The notes: a model not told the origin generated them from the sequence alone. A DNA stretch of 64,000 bases from an uncultured Sneathiellales bacterium (GCA_964344385.1 CAYFNG010000005.1:23583-87582); one strand, 5' to 3'. Numbered from the stretch's first letter, positions 1 through 9,748 are shown. Numbers and translations: made by a program.

Positions 1-1
1 G

Positions 2-301
2 CCCTGGCTGCGAGACCCGGACCGGATTACCCTGCTGACCCATGAAAACGGCATCCGTCCGGATGCCGGCTTGGCCGCGCTTTACAAGAACCGCGAGACC
101 CACGACCCGGCCGACATCCACCGGGCCCGGGAGCTGGCCTCGATGGAGAATTCGATCCCGGTCGGGGTGCTGTACCGCAACCCGGACGCGCCGCGCTACG
201 ACGAGGCCCACTACAGCAACCGGACCAGCGCGCCGGACGTCATTCAATCCGGGCTGGAAGCCGAGATGGACAAGTACACGGTTTGGCCCGACGACGAGTA
301 G
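2..301 (+). CDS. korB: 2-oxoacid:ferredoxin oxidoreductase beta subunit, C-terminal fragment (gene continues upstream of the window)
   Basis: Frame 2 is open from the window edge. The C-terminal peptide ...ITLLTHENGIRP...SIPVGVLYRNPDAPRYDE... resembles KorB/OorB C-termini. Stop at 299-301. Confidence 0.45.
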   Translation, partial: PWLRDPDRITLLTHENGIRPDAGLAALYKNRETHDPADIHRARELASMENSIPVGVLYRNPDAPRYDEAHYSNRTSAPDVIQSGLEAEMDKYTVWPDDE

Positions 302-322
302 GGGCCGGTCGCGAAGCTGATT

Positions 323-2578
323 ATGACCGCGCCCAGGAAAGAGTATGGAACCATGAATTTGCAATCCCCACGGCATGCCCTGTTCCACCTGTTGGGTGAG
401 CGCCCGGCCGAGAGTGGCGAGCCCGACGACGTCATGCGGTTCCGACCGGCCCAATTGGCCCGCTACCGGGACCTGGCCAGCCTGCGCCATGACTATCCGT
501 TGGTGCTGCGGGAAGGTGGGCCCGAACCCCTGGCGGCGGGTTTGAGTTCGGTGGTCGGTGGGGTCGCCCGGCAATTGGCACCACAGGGGGCCGACGGCGA
601 AGCGTTGCGCCGCCTGCTGTTGCGGCTGGAGTACGAGGTCCGGGCACAGGCCATGGCCGGCACCAAAGGCAGCCTGAGGATGCTGTGGAACCGGGCCGAA
701 AAGGCGGTTCTGGAAGAAACAGAAAGTGGTGCGACGCACCTCAAACAGGACCTGCGGACGATCCGCCGGGCCCTGCCGATCAAGGGCCGGGTGGTCGGCT
801 GCAACGCCGACACGTTGGGCACCGTGGCACGTTACGCCTGGGACGGCATCCAGGCGAATAAAGTCGCCAGCCTGGGCCGCGAAATCGAGAAGCTGGTCAC
901 TTCCTTGCGGGAAACCCTTGACGCCGACCACCAGAAGACCGCGGCGGCCCGCACGCCCAAACAGTTGGAACGCGACCTTGGCGACAGCTATCGCGCTGAT
1001 ATCGATTTCAACCGGCTGTCACAGTTGCTGCCGCCGGTCGAGGCGGGGGCGGTCATGCCCAAGGAACGGCGAGCCCGGATCCTGGCGGCGCTCAAAGTGC
1101 TGGAAGAGCAACGCTTCCTGGTCCCCGCCGGGGCCAGCGAACGCCGCGGCCGGCGGTCCTACCGGTTCGTGTTCGAACGTTGTGGCGAAGCCCGGGCGGC
1201 ATTCCGCAAGCGGCTGCCCAAGCTGGTCGATCTGGTCAAGGCGATGACCCTGGCCGAGTTGGAGATCGCCAACCGCTACCAGCCCGAAAAGCACGACGCG
1301 CATTTCGCCCGTTTCGACGAGACCCATATCGAGCCGGAATACCTGGCCCGGTTCCCGGCCTATCTGGTGCACCTGCACGCCGCCCGCAGCGACGCGGTGG
1401 AAATGGCGGTCATGACCGAGTTGCTTGAAGCCGGCCTGCCGTTCAAGTTCATCCTGGAAAGCGACGACCTGCTGGCCGAACAACCGGTCACGTCGGGCCG
1501 GTTCTCGCTTGGCGCGCGCGGCACCAGACTGGCCGGCATGACCTTGTGCACCTGCAATGCCTTTGTCCTGCAGGCGCCGGTCTCGCATCTCAGGCAGCAT
1601 TGGACACAGTTCATGCGGGCCATGAACTTTGACGGCCCGGCCTTGATCCACATGCTGTCGACCGAGGGCATGGACGCGCCGCACCTGCCGACCTACCTGA
1701 AGGCGGCCGCCGCTCTGCAGGCCCGGGCCTTCCCCGCCTTTAGCTTCGACCCGGCCGCCGGCGGCGACTGGGCCAGCCGCTTCAGCGTTGCCGGAAACCC
1801 CCAGCCGACCGTCGACTGGCCGGTGGACGAGCTGGACTATGAAGACGATGTGATGCGCCGTGAGGCCATCGAATTGGCCTTCACTTTTGTTGATTTTGCG
1901 GTCCTGGACGCGCGCCAGGCGCATCATTTCGCGGCCGTGCCCCGCAACCAATGGCATGACGGCATGATCCCGGTGGCCGATTACCTGGCGGCGCCACCGG
2001 ACAGCGTCGCCGACCGCATCCCCTATATCCTGGCGGCCGACGAGAATGACGTCATACACCGCCTGGTGGTCGAAAAAGAGATGATCCTGGCCGCCTTGCG
2101 GTGCCTGGACGCCTGGCACAGTCTGCGCGAGCTGGGCGGGATCGCCAATTCCCACGCCGCCGCCGCGGTGGCGGCCAGCGACGCGGCCTGGCAGGATCGG
2201 CTGGCGGCGGAAATCGCCAGCCATGAGGCGAAGGCCGAGCCGGAGGCCCCGGCCAAGGTCGCGGCCCAACCGGCCGCAGCACCGGCACCGGCCGCCGAGC
2301 CGGAGGAGCCGGAAGAGGAAGCCCGCCCGGTCGGCGACCCCTACATTGACACGCCGCGCTGCACCACCTGCAACGAGTGCACCCAGTTGAACGACCGCAT
2401 GTTCGCTTACAATGAGAACATGCAGGCCTATATCGCGGACCCCGATGCCGGCAGCTTCAAGCAGCTGGTGGAGGCGGCCGAGAACTGCCAGGTGTCGATC
2501 ATCCACCCGGGTAATCCCCGTAACCCGGATGAGGACGACCTGGAAGCCCTGATCGACCGCGCCGAGCCGTTCAACTGA
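323..2578 (+). CDS. Large conserved hypothetical protein (751 aa) with a C-terminal ferredoxin-like Cys cluster (CTTCNECTQ...NCQV)
   Basis: Long ORF with GC3-rich codon usage. C-terminus carries C-x2-C-x2-C plus a distal Cys, a single [4Fe-4S]-like motif. An Ala/Pro/Glu-rich linker precedes it. No recognisable catalytic family. An alternative start at 353 (MNLQSP) follows an AGGAAAGAG purine tract. Confidence 0.6.
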   Translation: MTAPRKEYGTMNLQSPRHALFHLLGERPAESGEPDDVMRFRPAQLARYRDLASLRHDYPLVLREGGPEPLAAGLSSVVGGVARQLAPQGADGEALRRLLLRLEYEVRAQAMAGTKGSLRMLWNRAEKAVLEETESGATHLKQDLRTIRRALPIKGRVVGCNADTLGTVARYAWDGIQANKVASLGREIEKLVTSLRETLDADHQKTAAARTPKQLERDLGDSYRADIDFNRLSQLLPPVEAGAVMPKERRARILAALKVLEEQRFLVPAGASERRGRRSYRFVFERCGEARAAFRKRLPKLVDLVKAMTLAELEIANRYQPEKHDAHFARFDETHIEPEYLARFPAYLVHLHAARSDAVEMAVMTELLEAGLPFKFILESDDLLAEQPVTSGRFSLGARGTRLAGMTLCTCNAFVLQAPVSHLRQHWTQFMRAMNFDGPALIHMLSTEGMDAPHLPTYLKAAAALQARAFPAFSFDPAAGGDWASRFSVAGNPQPTVDWPVDELDYEDDVMRREAIELAFTFVDFAVLDARQAHHFAAVPRNQWHDGMIPVADYLAAPPDSVADRIPYILAADENDVIHRLVVEKEMILAALRCLDAWHSLRELGGIANSHAAAAVAASDAAWQDRLAAEIASHEAKAEPEAPAKVAAQPAAAPAPAAEPEEPEEEARPVGDPYIDTPRCTTCNECTQLNDRMFAYNENMQAYIADPDAGSFKQLVEAAENCQVSIIHPGNPRNPDEDDLEALIDRAEPFN

Positions 2579-2664
2579 AATTGACCGGCCGGCCGGTAGA
2601 AACACGATTGTCGTTACCGGCACGGCTTCGATAGACTGAATGTCTGTCGCTACCGGAGCCGAAC

Positions 2665-2955
2665 ATGACCGCGCACGTCGTCACCAAGGAAATGGGTTAC
2701 ACCCACAGGGAATTTCTGCGCCTGCTGCCCAAGGCGTTGGGCAGCGACGACTACACGGTCGATGGCCGCGAAATCCGGTTTACCGACGGGGAACGCCAAC
2801 TGGACATCAGCCTGTCCGAAGAGGGCGAGCGCCGAATTGCCCTGGTACGGATACCGATGACCGAGGTCCAGCTCAGTTTCACCGGTTATGACCAGCCCGG
2901 CATCGAGGCGGCCCTGAAGCTCTTCTGGCGGGCCTATCAGAAGGGCGGCGGTTAA
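2665..2955 (+). CDS. Small hypothetical protein (96 aa)
   Basis: ORF with typical codon bias in an otherwise gene-free gap. No recognisable motifs. Confidence 0.4.
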   Translation: MTAHVVTKEMGYTHREFLRLLPKALGSDDYTVDGREIRFTDGERQLDISLSEEGERRIALVRIPMTEVQLSFTGYDQPGIEAALKLFWRAYQKGGG

Positions 2956-2974
2956 AGCCCACCCCGGCCGAGGA

Positions 2975-3292
2975 TCACACCACCGGCGAACCGTAGCCCC
3001 AGCTATAGGGGACCGCCCCCGAGAGCGCGACCACGTCGCCGTCTTCCAGCTCGAACGACCCGCGCACCGGATCGCCGACCCGGCCGCGGGTGACATCGCG
3101 GCCGTTGACCAGGACCAGGAAGATTTCCGGCTCGGGGATGTTCAAGGTTTCGGCCAGGTGGCTGACCGTGGCGCCGGGATCGAGTTCGATCCGGAAGCGC
3201 TGGCCGCGGGTGTCGGCGAAACGCGAGATGCTGTTGAACAGGCGGACCTCGACGGTGATCTTGACGCCCTGGGAATTGTGACCGACCAACAT
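2975..3292 (-). CDS. MoaD/ThiS-family ubiquitin-like beta-grasp protein
   Basis: VKITVEVRLF...ELEDGDVVALSGAVPYSWGYG pattern typical of ThiS/MoaD sulfur carriers. ATG at 3292 preceded by GAGGG. The C-terminus extends past the Gly pair (WGYGSPVV). Confidence 0.5.
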   Translation of the reverse strand: MLVGHNSQGVKITVEVRLFNSISRFADTRGQRFRIELDPGATVSHLAETLNIPEPEIFLVLVNGRDVTRGRVGDPVRGSFELEDGDVVALSGAVPYSWGYGSPVV

Positions 3293-3405
3293 GACCTTGC
3301 CCTCGGACCGTGCCGGCGCAATCTGGCATCGCGGGATCGCTGAGGTCAAGAAAAACGGCGGGTACCCGGGGCACCCGCCGTCCTTCGTGAGAGAGAGGTC
3401 GAAAG

Positions 3406-4728
3406 TTAGGCGATCTGTGAGCCGCGCCCAAATTCGGGATAGGCTTCCAGCCCCAGTTCCGCCCGGTCGAGGCCCAGAGCCTCTTCCTCTTCGCTGGCCC
3501 GGATGCCAAAGGTGAATTTCAGCACCAGCCAGACCACGGCGCTGGTGACCGCGACGAACCCGCCAATGGCGACGACGCCAAGCGCCTGGGTCGCGAACTT
3601 GGCGTCACCGTTGGTCAACGGCACCGCCATGGTCCCCCAGATACCGGCCACCAGGTGGACCGGGATGGCACCGACCACATCGTCGATCTTCAGGCGGTCC
3701 AGCAGCGGCACCACAAAGACCACGATAACGCCACCGACCGCACCGATCAGGGTGGCGCTGCCCAGGGTAGGCGTGTCGGGCCCGGCGGTGATGCTGACCA
3801 GGCCGGCCAGGGCCCCGTTCAACACCATGGTCAGGTCCGGCTTCTTATAAAGGATCTGGGTCAGGGCCAGGGCGGCAATGACACCGCCGGCGGCGGCGAT
3901 ACCGGTATTGGCGTAGATATTGGAGATGGCGACCGCGTCGGCGCCGGTACCCAGCGCCAACTGCGAACCGCCGTTGAAGCCAAACCAGCCGAGCCACAGG
4001 ATGAAGGTGCCCAGCGTCGCCAGCGGCAGGGACGAACCGGGCATGACGTTGATGCGGCCATCCGCCCCGTACTTGCCCTTGCGGGCGCCAAGAACGATGG
4101 CACCGGTCAGGGCCGCCCAGCCGCCAACCGAATGCACGATGGTCGATCCGGCGAAATCGGCAAATCCCTTGTTCGACAGCCAGCCGCCGCCCCACTGCCA
4201 GGCACCCTGGATCGGGTAAATGAAGCCGGTCAGCACGACGATGAAAGCCAGGAACGGCCACAGGCGAATGCGTTCGGCCAAGGTGCCGGACACGATCGAC
4301 GCGGCGGTGGCGACGAACACCATCTGGAAGAACCAGTCCGACGAAGCAGCGTAGCCGCCTTCGAAATCACCGGCCAGCGCCTTGGCATCGTCGGCGGACC
4401 ACAGGCCGAAACTGCCGATCCAGCCGCCGTCGACACCGGCGTACATCAGATTGTAGCCGACAAGGTAGTAGAGGATCATCGCGGTCGCAAACAGGGCGAC
4501 GTTCTTTAAGAGGATCGTGGCAACGTTCTTCGAACGCACCAAGCCGGCCTCCAGCATGGCAAAGCCGGCGGCCATGAACATCACCAGGAAGCCGTTCATC
4601 AGGAACGACAGGGTGTTGAAGACATATGTGGCTTCAGGCGTCACTTCGGCCCGGGCCGGGGTGGCGGCAAGGGCCAGAACGCAGGCGACACCCGCGGCCA
4701 TGAGCGGGGTTTTACGGGTCAGGTACAT
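3406..4728 (-). CDS. amtB: Ammonium transporter (Amt family)
   Basis: 11-TM Amt signature throughout (…SIVHSVGGWAALTGAIVLGAR…, GALAGLVSITAG). Signal peptide present. GGAG RBS. Lies immediately downstream of glnK. Confidence 0.95.
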   Translation of the reverse strand: MYLTRKTPLMAAGVACVLALAATPARAEVTPEATYVFNTLSFLMNGFLVMFMAAGFAMLEAGLVRSKNVATILLKNVALFATAMILYYLVGYNLMYAGVDGGWIGSFGLWSADDAKALAGDFEGGYAASSDWFFQMVFVATAASIVSGTLAERIRLWPFLAFIVVLTGFIYPIQGAWQWGGGWLSNKGFADFAGSTIVHSVGGWAALTGAIVLGARKGKYGADGRINVMPGSSLPLATLGTFILWLGWFGFNGGSQLALGTGADAVAISNIYANTGIAAAGGVIAALALTQILYKKPDLTMVLNGALAGLVSITAGPDTPTLGSATLIGAVGGVIVVFVVPLLDRLKIDDVVGAIPVHLVAGIWGTMAVPLTNGDAKFATQALGVVAIGGFVAVTSAVVWLVLKFTFGIRASEEEEALGLDRAELGLEAYPEFGRGSQIA

Positions 4729-4758
4729 GATCGGTCTCCGCAGAATTCGGAAAATACG

Positions 4759-5097
4759 TTAAAGGGCCGTCGCACCGGTCTCGCCGGTACGGATGCGAAC
4801 CGCTTGGGTCAGTTCGTAGACGAAGATCTTGCCGTCGCCGATTTTGCCGGTCCGGGCCGTGTCGCCGATGATTTCGATGGCGCGTTCGGCCAGTTCGTCC
4901 GGGACCGCGACCTCAAGGCGCAGCTTGGGCAGGAATTGCACCGAATACTCGGCGCCACGATAGATTTCAGTGTGGCCACCCTGGCGGCCAAAGCCGCGGG
5001 CCTCGCTCACCGTTACCCCGGCGACGCCCAGCGCCGAGAGCGCCTCGCGAACCTCATCGAGTTTGAACGGCTTGATGACGGCCGTGATCATTTTCAT
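4759..5097 (-). CDS. glnK: Nitrogen regulatory protein P-II
   Basis: 112 aa, MKMITAVIKPFKLDEVREAL...RIRTGETG. T-loop Tyr51 (RGAEYSV) present. Classic glnK-amtB pairing. Confidence 0.95.
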   Translation of the reverse strand: MKMITAVIKPFKLDEVREALSALGVAGVTVSEARGFGRQGGHTEIYRGAEYSVQFLPKLRLEVAVPDELAERAIEIIGDTARTGKIGDGKIFVYELTQAVRIRTGETGATAL

Positions 5098-5272
5098 CGG
5101 ATCAACCTTCCTAATATGACACTCGCAGGGACCAAGCCCCCTTGGCCTGGCCTTATCAAGAAGCGTGCCGTTTTTGCAGGAAGGTGATTTACTGTTTTAA
5201 ATCAAAATATTAATTACTGCCGCGTGGTGATCGGTCGAATCCCATCAATCGATTGTGATGAAAAAATAGGCA

Positions 5273-5289
5273 AGAAAAATTCACCGCCT
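5273..5289 (-). terminator. Possible intrinsic terminator after the amidase gene (palindrome CGCCTAAA-A-TTTAGGCG followed on the minus strand by a U-rich tract)
   Basis: 8-1-8 palindrome immediately 3' of the amidase stop (5295). The minus-strand continuation is gtgaatttttcttgcctatttttt. Confidence 0.35.
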
Positions 5290-5294
5290 AAAAT

Positions 5295-6653
5295 TTAGGC
5301 GCACATAATCTGTTCAGCAGCGGAAGCCAATCGCAGCAGACCGCCTTCGCCGAACGGAGGCGCCATGAACATCAGCCCGACCGGCAGGCCATCGGCCAGG
5401 CCGCAGGGCAAGGTTATGGCGCACAGGCCCAGCAGATTGCCGATCCGGGTGTTGCGGACCGCCAACAGGGCCGCCTTGGCATAGGCGGCCGCATCCGCCT
5501 CCAACGGGGCGATCGGCGGCGGCGGCACCGCGACGGTGGGGGCCACGACAGCCGTGAAGCCGGCCGTACGGGCGGCATAGGCGCGCTTCAATTCCTCGGC
5601 CCTGATCAAGGCGCCGGCATAGGCCGACGCCTCATGCCCCAACGTGCCCCGGAAACGGTCGTAGATCGGCCGGTAGACTTTGGCGGGCGCCGCCTCCATC
5701 GCGTCCCGCCATTGGCCATAGCCCTCGGCATTGATCTGGCCGCCGGCGGCGTCGACGAGCGGCCCGATCTCGGCGGCTTCGGGGAGCGGCGCCTCCACAA
5801 TCGCGCCCCCGGCGACAACCAGCCGGTCCAGCGCCGATTCGATCACGTCTGCCACCCCGGTATCGAGCCCGTCCCACATGTGGCCCTGCGGCTTGCAGAG
5901 CCTGACCCCGTCCAGACTCGCCCCGCCAAGGTCGGCCGGACGGCGGCGGGCCAATACGGCGAGCAGTGCATTGGCGTCGGCCACGTCACGGGTCAACGGG
6001 CCGACAGTATCGAGGGTTGGCGACAGCGCGATCACCCCGTCCAGGGGCAGCAGCCCGGCCGTGGTCTTCAATCCCACCAGGCCGTTCCAGGCGGCCGGGA
6101 TCCGCACCGAACCACCGGTATCGCTGCCGATCGCCGCCGCCGCTAGGCCGCGGGCGACCGACACGGCGGCCCCGGCCGAGGAACCACCGGGGACTCGCGG
6201 CACCCGGTCGTCGAACGGGTTGCGCGGGGTACCGTGATAGGGGTTGATGCCCAGCCCGGAAAAGGCCAGGTCCGGCAGTCCGGTCTTGCCCAGACAGACC
6301 AGCCCGGCCCGGGTCGCCCGGGCCAGAAGTTCGGCATCCCGGTCGGGCACCCGCCCCGCCAGCAGTTCGGTACCGCCATTGGTTTCGACGCCGGCCGTGT
6401 CGAACAAATCCTTCCAGGAAATCGGGACGCCGTCCAAGGGGCCCAGGCGCATGCCGCGCCGGTTGCGGTCGCGGGCGGCCATGGCTTCCGCTCGGGCGCG
6501 GTCGGCGGTCAACCGGACATAGATCGCGTGATCGGGGTCTTCGGCCCCAATCCGGTCGAGGAATAAGTCGGTCAATTCGACCGGATCGATGCGCCCATCG
6601 CCGATGGCTTGGCCCAGCGACAGCGCGGTCTGTTCATGCCATGGCGTGTCCAT
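5295..6653 (-). CDS. Amidase (amidase-signature family, GatA-like)
   Basis: AS signature GGSSAGAAVSVARGLAAAAIGSDTGGSVRIPAAWNGLVGLKTT with the Ser-cisSer-Lys triad region. Start trimmed to ATG 6653 (MDTPWHEQ); the upstream in-frame extension looks non-coding. Confidence 0.85.
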   Translation of the reverse strand: MDTPWHEQTALSLGQAIGDGRIDPVELTDLFLDRIGAEDPDHAIYVRLTADRARAEAMAARDRNRRGMRLGPLDGVPISWKDLFDTAGVETNGGTELLAGRVPDRDAELLARATRAGLVCLGKTGLPDLAFSGLGINPYHGTPRNPFDDRVPRVPGGSSAGAAVSVARGLAAAAIGSDTGGSVRIPAAWNGLVGLKTTAGLLPLDGVIALSPTLDTVGPLTRDVADANALLAVLARRRPADLGGASLDGVRLCKPQGHMWDGLDTGVADVIESALDRLVVAGGAIVEAPLPEAAEIGPLVDAAGGQINAEGYGQWRDAMEAAPAKVYRPIYDRFRGTLGHEASAYAGALIRAEELKRAYAARTAGFTAVVAPTVAVPPPPIAPLEADAAAYAKAALLAVRNTRIGNLLGLCAITLPCGLADGLPVGLMFMAPPFGEGGLLRLASAAEQIMCA

Positions 6654-6777
6654 GGCCGAGAAACTAGACCGGTCGCCGCAGCCCGACAACCGCCAAGACG
6701 AAGGCGATCGCGGAAAGCCTGTTCCGGTGCCGCGCGCTGTGCCATCTTGGCCCCGGCAATCCAAGGGACCTGAAGCG

Positions 6778-7686
6778 ATGACGAACCAAACTCCTAAAGT
6801 GGGACTGATCGGCACCGGCGATATGGGACACGCGGTCGGCGGCGCGTTGAAGGACCATGGCCTTGACGTCGTCACCAGCCTGGTCGGGCGCTCGGCGCGG
6901 TCACGCGGCCTAGCGCAGGCCGCCGGCATTCATGACCTGGGCAGCCTGGACGCGGTTGCGGGCACGGCCGATCTGGTGCTGTCGATCCTGCCCCCCGATG
7001 CCGCCCTGCCTGCCGCCGAGGACATGGCCGACGCCCTGGCGCGTAGCGGTGGCCGGCCGGTCTATGTCGATTGCAACGCGGTATCGCCGGACCGGGCCCA
7101 AGCCATTGCCGACCGAATAACCGCGGCTGGCGCGGTCGCGATCGATGTCGGTATCATCGGTGGCGCCCCGGGCCGCGGCGCACCGCCGCGATTCTACGCC
7201 AGCGGACCTGAAGCGGGACGGCTGGAGGTGCTGGACGGCAAGGGCATCGACGTCGCGGTGATCGGGGACGCAATCGGCCGTGCCTCGGGCCTGAAGATGT
7301 GCTATGCGGCGCTGACCAAGGGTCGGATGACGCTGCACACCGCCGTCCTGATCGCCGCCGAGGTGCTGGGGTTGAGCCGCGATTTGCGGGATGAACTCAG
7401 CTATAGCCAGGCCGAAAGCTGGGCGCAAATGCAGCGTACGGTCCCCCGGTTGCCGGCCGATGCCGGGCGCTGGGTCGGCGAGATGGAGGAAATCGCGGCC
7501 ACCTTTCGGGCCGCCGGCGTGACGCCCGGCTTTCACGACGGCGCGGCCGAGATCTTCCGCCTGCTGGCTCAAAGCCCCTATGCGGCCGAAACCCGCGAGA
7601 CCATCGACCCGAACCGGACCGTGGCGGACGCGGTGCCGGTGTTCGCCGCCCTGCTGGCCCAAGGTGGCGGCGAAGCCGAGGACTGA
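6778..7686 (+). CDS. NAD(P)-binding oxidoreductase (6-phosphogluconate dehydrogenase-like NAD-binding domain plus DUF1932-type C-terminal domain)
   Basis: N-terminal Rossmann motif VGLIGTGDMG. Start chosen at ATG 6778 (MTNQTPKV) rather than ORF-track 6589. Confidence 0.7.
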   Translation: MTNQTPKVGLIGTGDMGHAVGGALKDHGLDVVTSLVGRSARSRGLAQAAGIHDLGSLDAVAGTADLVLSILPPDAALPAAEDMADALARSGGRPVYVDCNAVSPDRAQAIADRITAAGAVAIDVGIIGGAPGRGAPPRFYASGPEAGRLEVLDGKGIDVAVIGDAIGRASGLKMCYAALTKGRMTLHTAVLIAAEVLGLSRDLRDELSYSQAESWAQMQRTVPRLPADAGRWVGEMEEIAATFRAAGVTPGFHDGAAEIFRLLAQSPYAAETRETIDPNRTVADAVPVFAALLAQGGGEAED

Positions 7687-7703
7687 ACCAGGCCGGGAGA
7701 GAT

Positions 7704-8243
7704 GTGGTGCGCAGCTTTGTCGCGATCGAGATCCCCGACGATATCCGCCAGGGACTGGCCGGGCTGGCCGGTGGGGTCCCCGGGGCACGGTGGCTGCCGC
7801 CGGACCAGATCCACCTGACACTGCGTTTCGTGGGCGAGGTCAACGGCACCCAGATCCCCGACCTGACCGCAGCGCTGGAGGCGGTTCATGTCGCCCCGTT
7901 CGAGCTCGAGCTCGCCGGGATCGGCACGTTCGGCCATCGCGAAGCGCGGGTGCTGTGGGCGGGGGTCGCGCCGCAGCCCGCCTTGACCACATTGCAGCAA
8001 AAGGTCGAGAACGCGGTGCAGCGGGCGGGACTGGAACCGAACGGTCGCAAATTCACCCCCCACGTCACCCTGGCCCGGCTCAACCATGCCAAAAAAGCCA
8101 AGCTGGGTGAATTCATCAGCCTTCACGGCCTGTACGCCAGCCGCAGCTTTACCGTCGACCGGTTCGTTCTGTTCTCGAGTTTCCTGAGCCACAACGGCGC
8201 CATCCACACGCCCGAGGCCGTATTTCCCCTCAACGGGGGATGA
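7704..8243 (+). CDS. thpR: RNA 2',3'-cyclic phosphodiesterase (2H phosphoesterase, LigT/ThpR)
   Basis: Two H-x-T/S-x motifs (HLTLRF and HVTLAR) at the canonical spacing. GTG start after GGGAGAG. Confidence 0.85.
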   Translation: MVRSFVAIEIPDDIRQGLAGLAGGVPGARWLPPDQIHLTLRFVGEVNGTQIPDLTAALEAVHVAPFELELAGIGTFGHREARVLWAGVAPQPALTTLQQKVENAVQRAGLEPNGRKFTPHVTLARLNHAKKAKLGEFISLHGLYASRSFTVDRFVLFSSFLSHNGAIHTPEAVFPLNGG

Positions 8244-8283
8244 TTTGCTTTTGGTTGAGGCGGGTCCACCCGCCCGGTTACGG

Positions 8284-9135
8284 TCAATATCCCAACCGAT
8301 CGAGGACCCGCGCCACATCGCCGGCATAGCCGCCGCCAAACAAGCGGACATGGACCAGAAGTGGGTAGAGGTTGTAGAGGTAGCGCCGGACCTCGAAGAA
8401 ACCGGGAGCGATGGTCCGATGATCCTGGTAACAGTCGAAGAAGCGCCTGTTGAATGTCCCGAACAGGGTTCCGAAGGCGAGTTCGATTTCGGCATCGGCG
8501 TAGTAGATCGCCGGGTCGACCACCCCAGTGACCCGGCCATCCGCCGACAGGATATTGCCGGTCCACAGATCGCCATGGACCAGCGACGGCGCGGAAGCGG
8601 CCGGCAGGTGCTCGGCGAGAGACGCCGCCAGCCTTTCCAGCCGGGGCACCAGGACCGTCGGCAGCCTGCCGGCATCCACCGCCTGGCGCGTCATATAGAG
8701 AAGCCGCCGCTCGCGGAAAAAATCGATCCACCCATCCATCCAGCCATTGGGCTGGTTCAGCCCGCCGATGACGGTATCTTGATCCAAGCCAAAGCGGTCG
8801 GCGGTGATTTGATGCTGGCCGGCGATCAGATGGGCCGCCTCGGCCTCGGCGCCGGCGATCCCGGGCCGTCCGTCCAGCCAACTCATCACCAGCAATTCAG
8901 GCTCCGCGCAGATCACATCGGGCACCGGCAGCGGCGACCGGCTGCCAAGCTCAGCCAGCATCCAGCCTTCGAGGTCAAGCCCGCCGCCGCCCGGGGCCCA
9001 TTTGGCGACCAGTGGCGGCCGGTCCACAAAGTCGAGCCGGAAGACCTCGCCGATGCAGCCGCCCGCCAGTCCCCGGATCGCCGTCGGCCGGCGGGCCAGC
9101 GCGGCCTCGATGGCGTTTGCCAGGGCGGCGGTCAC
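8284..9135 (-). CDS. Fructosamine/ketosamine-3-kinase family phosphotransferase
   Basis: APH-like fold. HGDLWTGN catalytic loop and DPAIYYADAEIELA. 4-nt overlap with the upstream phosphatase gene. Confidence 0.8.
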   Translation of the reverse strand: MTAALANAIEAALARRPTAIRGLAGGCIGEVFRLDFVDRPPLVAKWAPGGGGLDLEGWMLAELGSRSPLPVPDVICAEPELLVMSWLDGRPGIAGAEAEAAHLIAGQHQITADRFGLDQDTVIGGLNQPNGWMDGWIDFFRERRLLYMTRQAVDAGRLPTVLVPRLERLAASLAEHLPAASAPSLVHGDLWTGNILSADGRVTGVVDPAIYYADAEIELAFGTLFGTFNRRFFDCYQDHRTIAPGFFEVRRYLYNLYPLLVHVRLFGGGYAGDVARVLDRLGY

Positions 9136-9599
9136 GCCGTGAGCTTGGCCCGCACCGCCGCCAGCAGGCCGGGAATGGCGGCCTCAATCAGTTCGAACGA
9201 CAGGTCGTAATCGGCCTCGCCACCGTAATAGGGGTCCGGGACCTCCTCGGCCGGGTGGTCGGGGGCAAAATCCATCATTCGGAAGACGGTGCCGGGGCGG
9301 GCGTGCCGCGCCATCGCCCGGTAGTGCCCGTTGTCCATGGCGACCAGAAAATCAAACTCGTCATAGTCGGAAGGCAGGAGCCGCCTGGCGCGCAGACTGT
9401 GCAGATCGTAGCCGCGTGCGTCGGCCGCGTTGCGAGCCCTGGGATCCGGCGGCTCACCTTCATGCCAACCGCCGGTGCCGGCACTGTCGACCACCACCTG
9501 GTCGCCCAGTCCTTCGCGTTCGACATAGGTCCGGAACACGCCCTCGGCGGTCGGTGAACGACAAATATTGCCACTGCACACGAACAAGACCTTGACCAT
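9132..9599 (-). CDS. Low-molecular-weight protein tyrosine phosphatase
   Basis: P-loop CSGNICRSP (C-x5-R-S) at the N-terminus and the DPYY motif. Start trimmed to MVKVLFVC (ATG 9599). Confidence 0.9.
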   Translation of the reverse strand: MVKVLFVCSGNICRSPTAEGVFRTYVEREGLGDQVVVDSAGTGGWHEGEPPDPRARNAADARGYDLHSLRARRLLPSDYDEFDFLVAMDNGHYRAMARHARPGTVFRMMDFAPDHPAEEVPDPYYGGEADYDLSFELIEAAIPGLLAAVRAKLTA

Positions 9600-9684
9600 T
9601 TTCGCCCTTCCGTTTTTGTTGTGCGGCACGGCCGACACAGAGTCTTGGAGTCCAGTTCACCGGTCTCTGCTCTGTCCCGCTCCT

Positions 9685-9748
9685 CTGCCCAGCCACCCAT
9701 TGAGGTACCCTGGTAGGAGATTGGGCGGAGGAGCGGGACGGAACAACA
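9685..9748. repeat. GC-rich palindromic dispersed repeat, copy A (core ...CCACCCATTGAGGTACCCTGGT...)
   Basis: Imperfect hairpin gtcccgctcctcTgccc...gggcGgaggagcgggac around a GGTACC centre. Copies at 34379-34455 (perfect) and 13815-13855 (half) share the core. Lies in the divergent intergenic region between the LMW-PTP gene and cobB. Confidence 0.7.

Noticed and set aside
1019-2623. Long antisense ORFs (e.g. 1019-2623 -, 6910-7821 -, 20694-21371 -, 48233-49429 -) opposite well-supported genes
   Set aside because: They are Arg/Gly/Pro-rich with no motifs and are fully embedded in genes with recognisable domains. They are products of high GC3 content.
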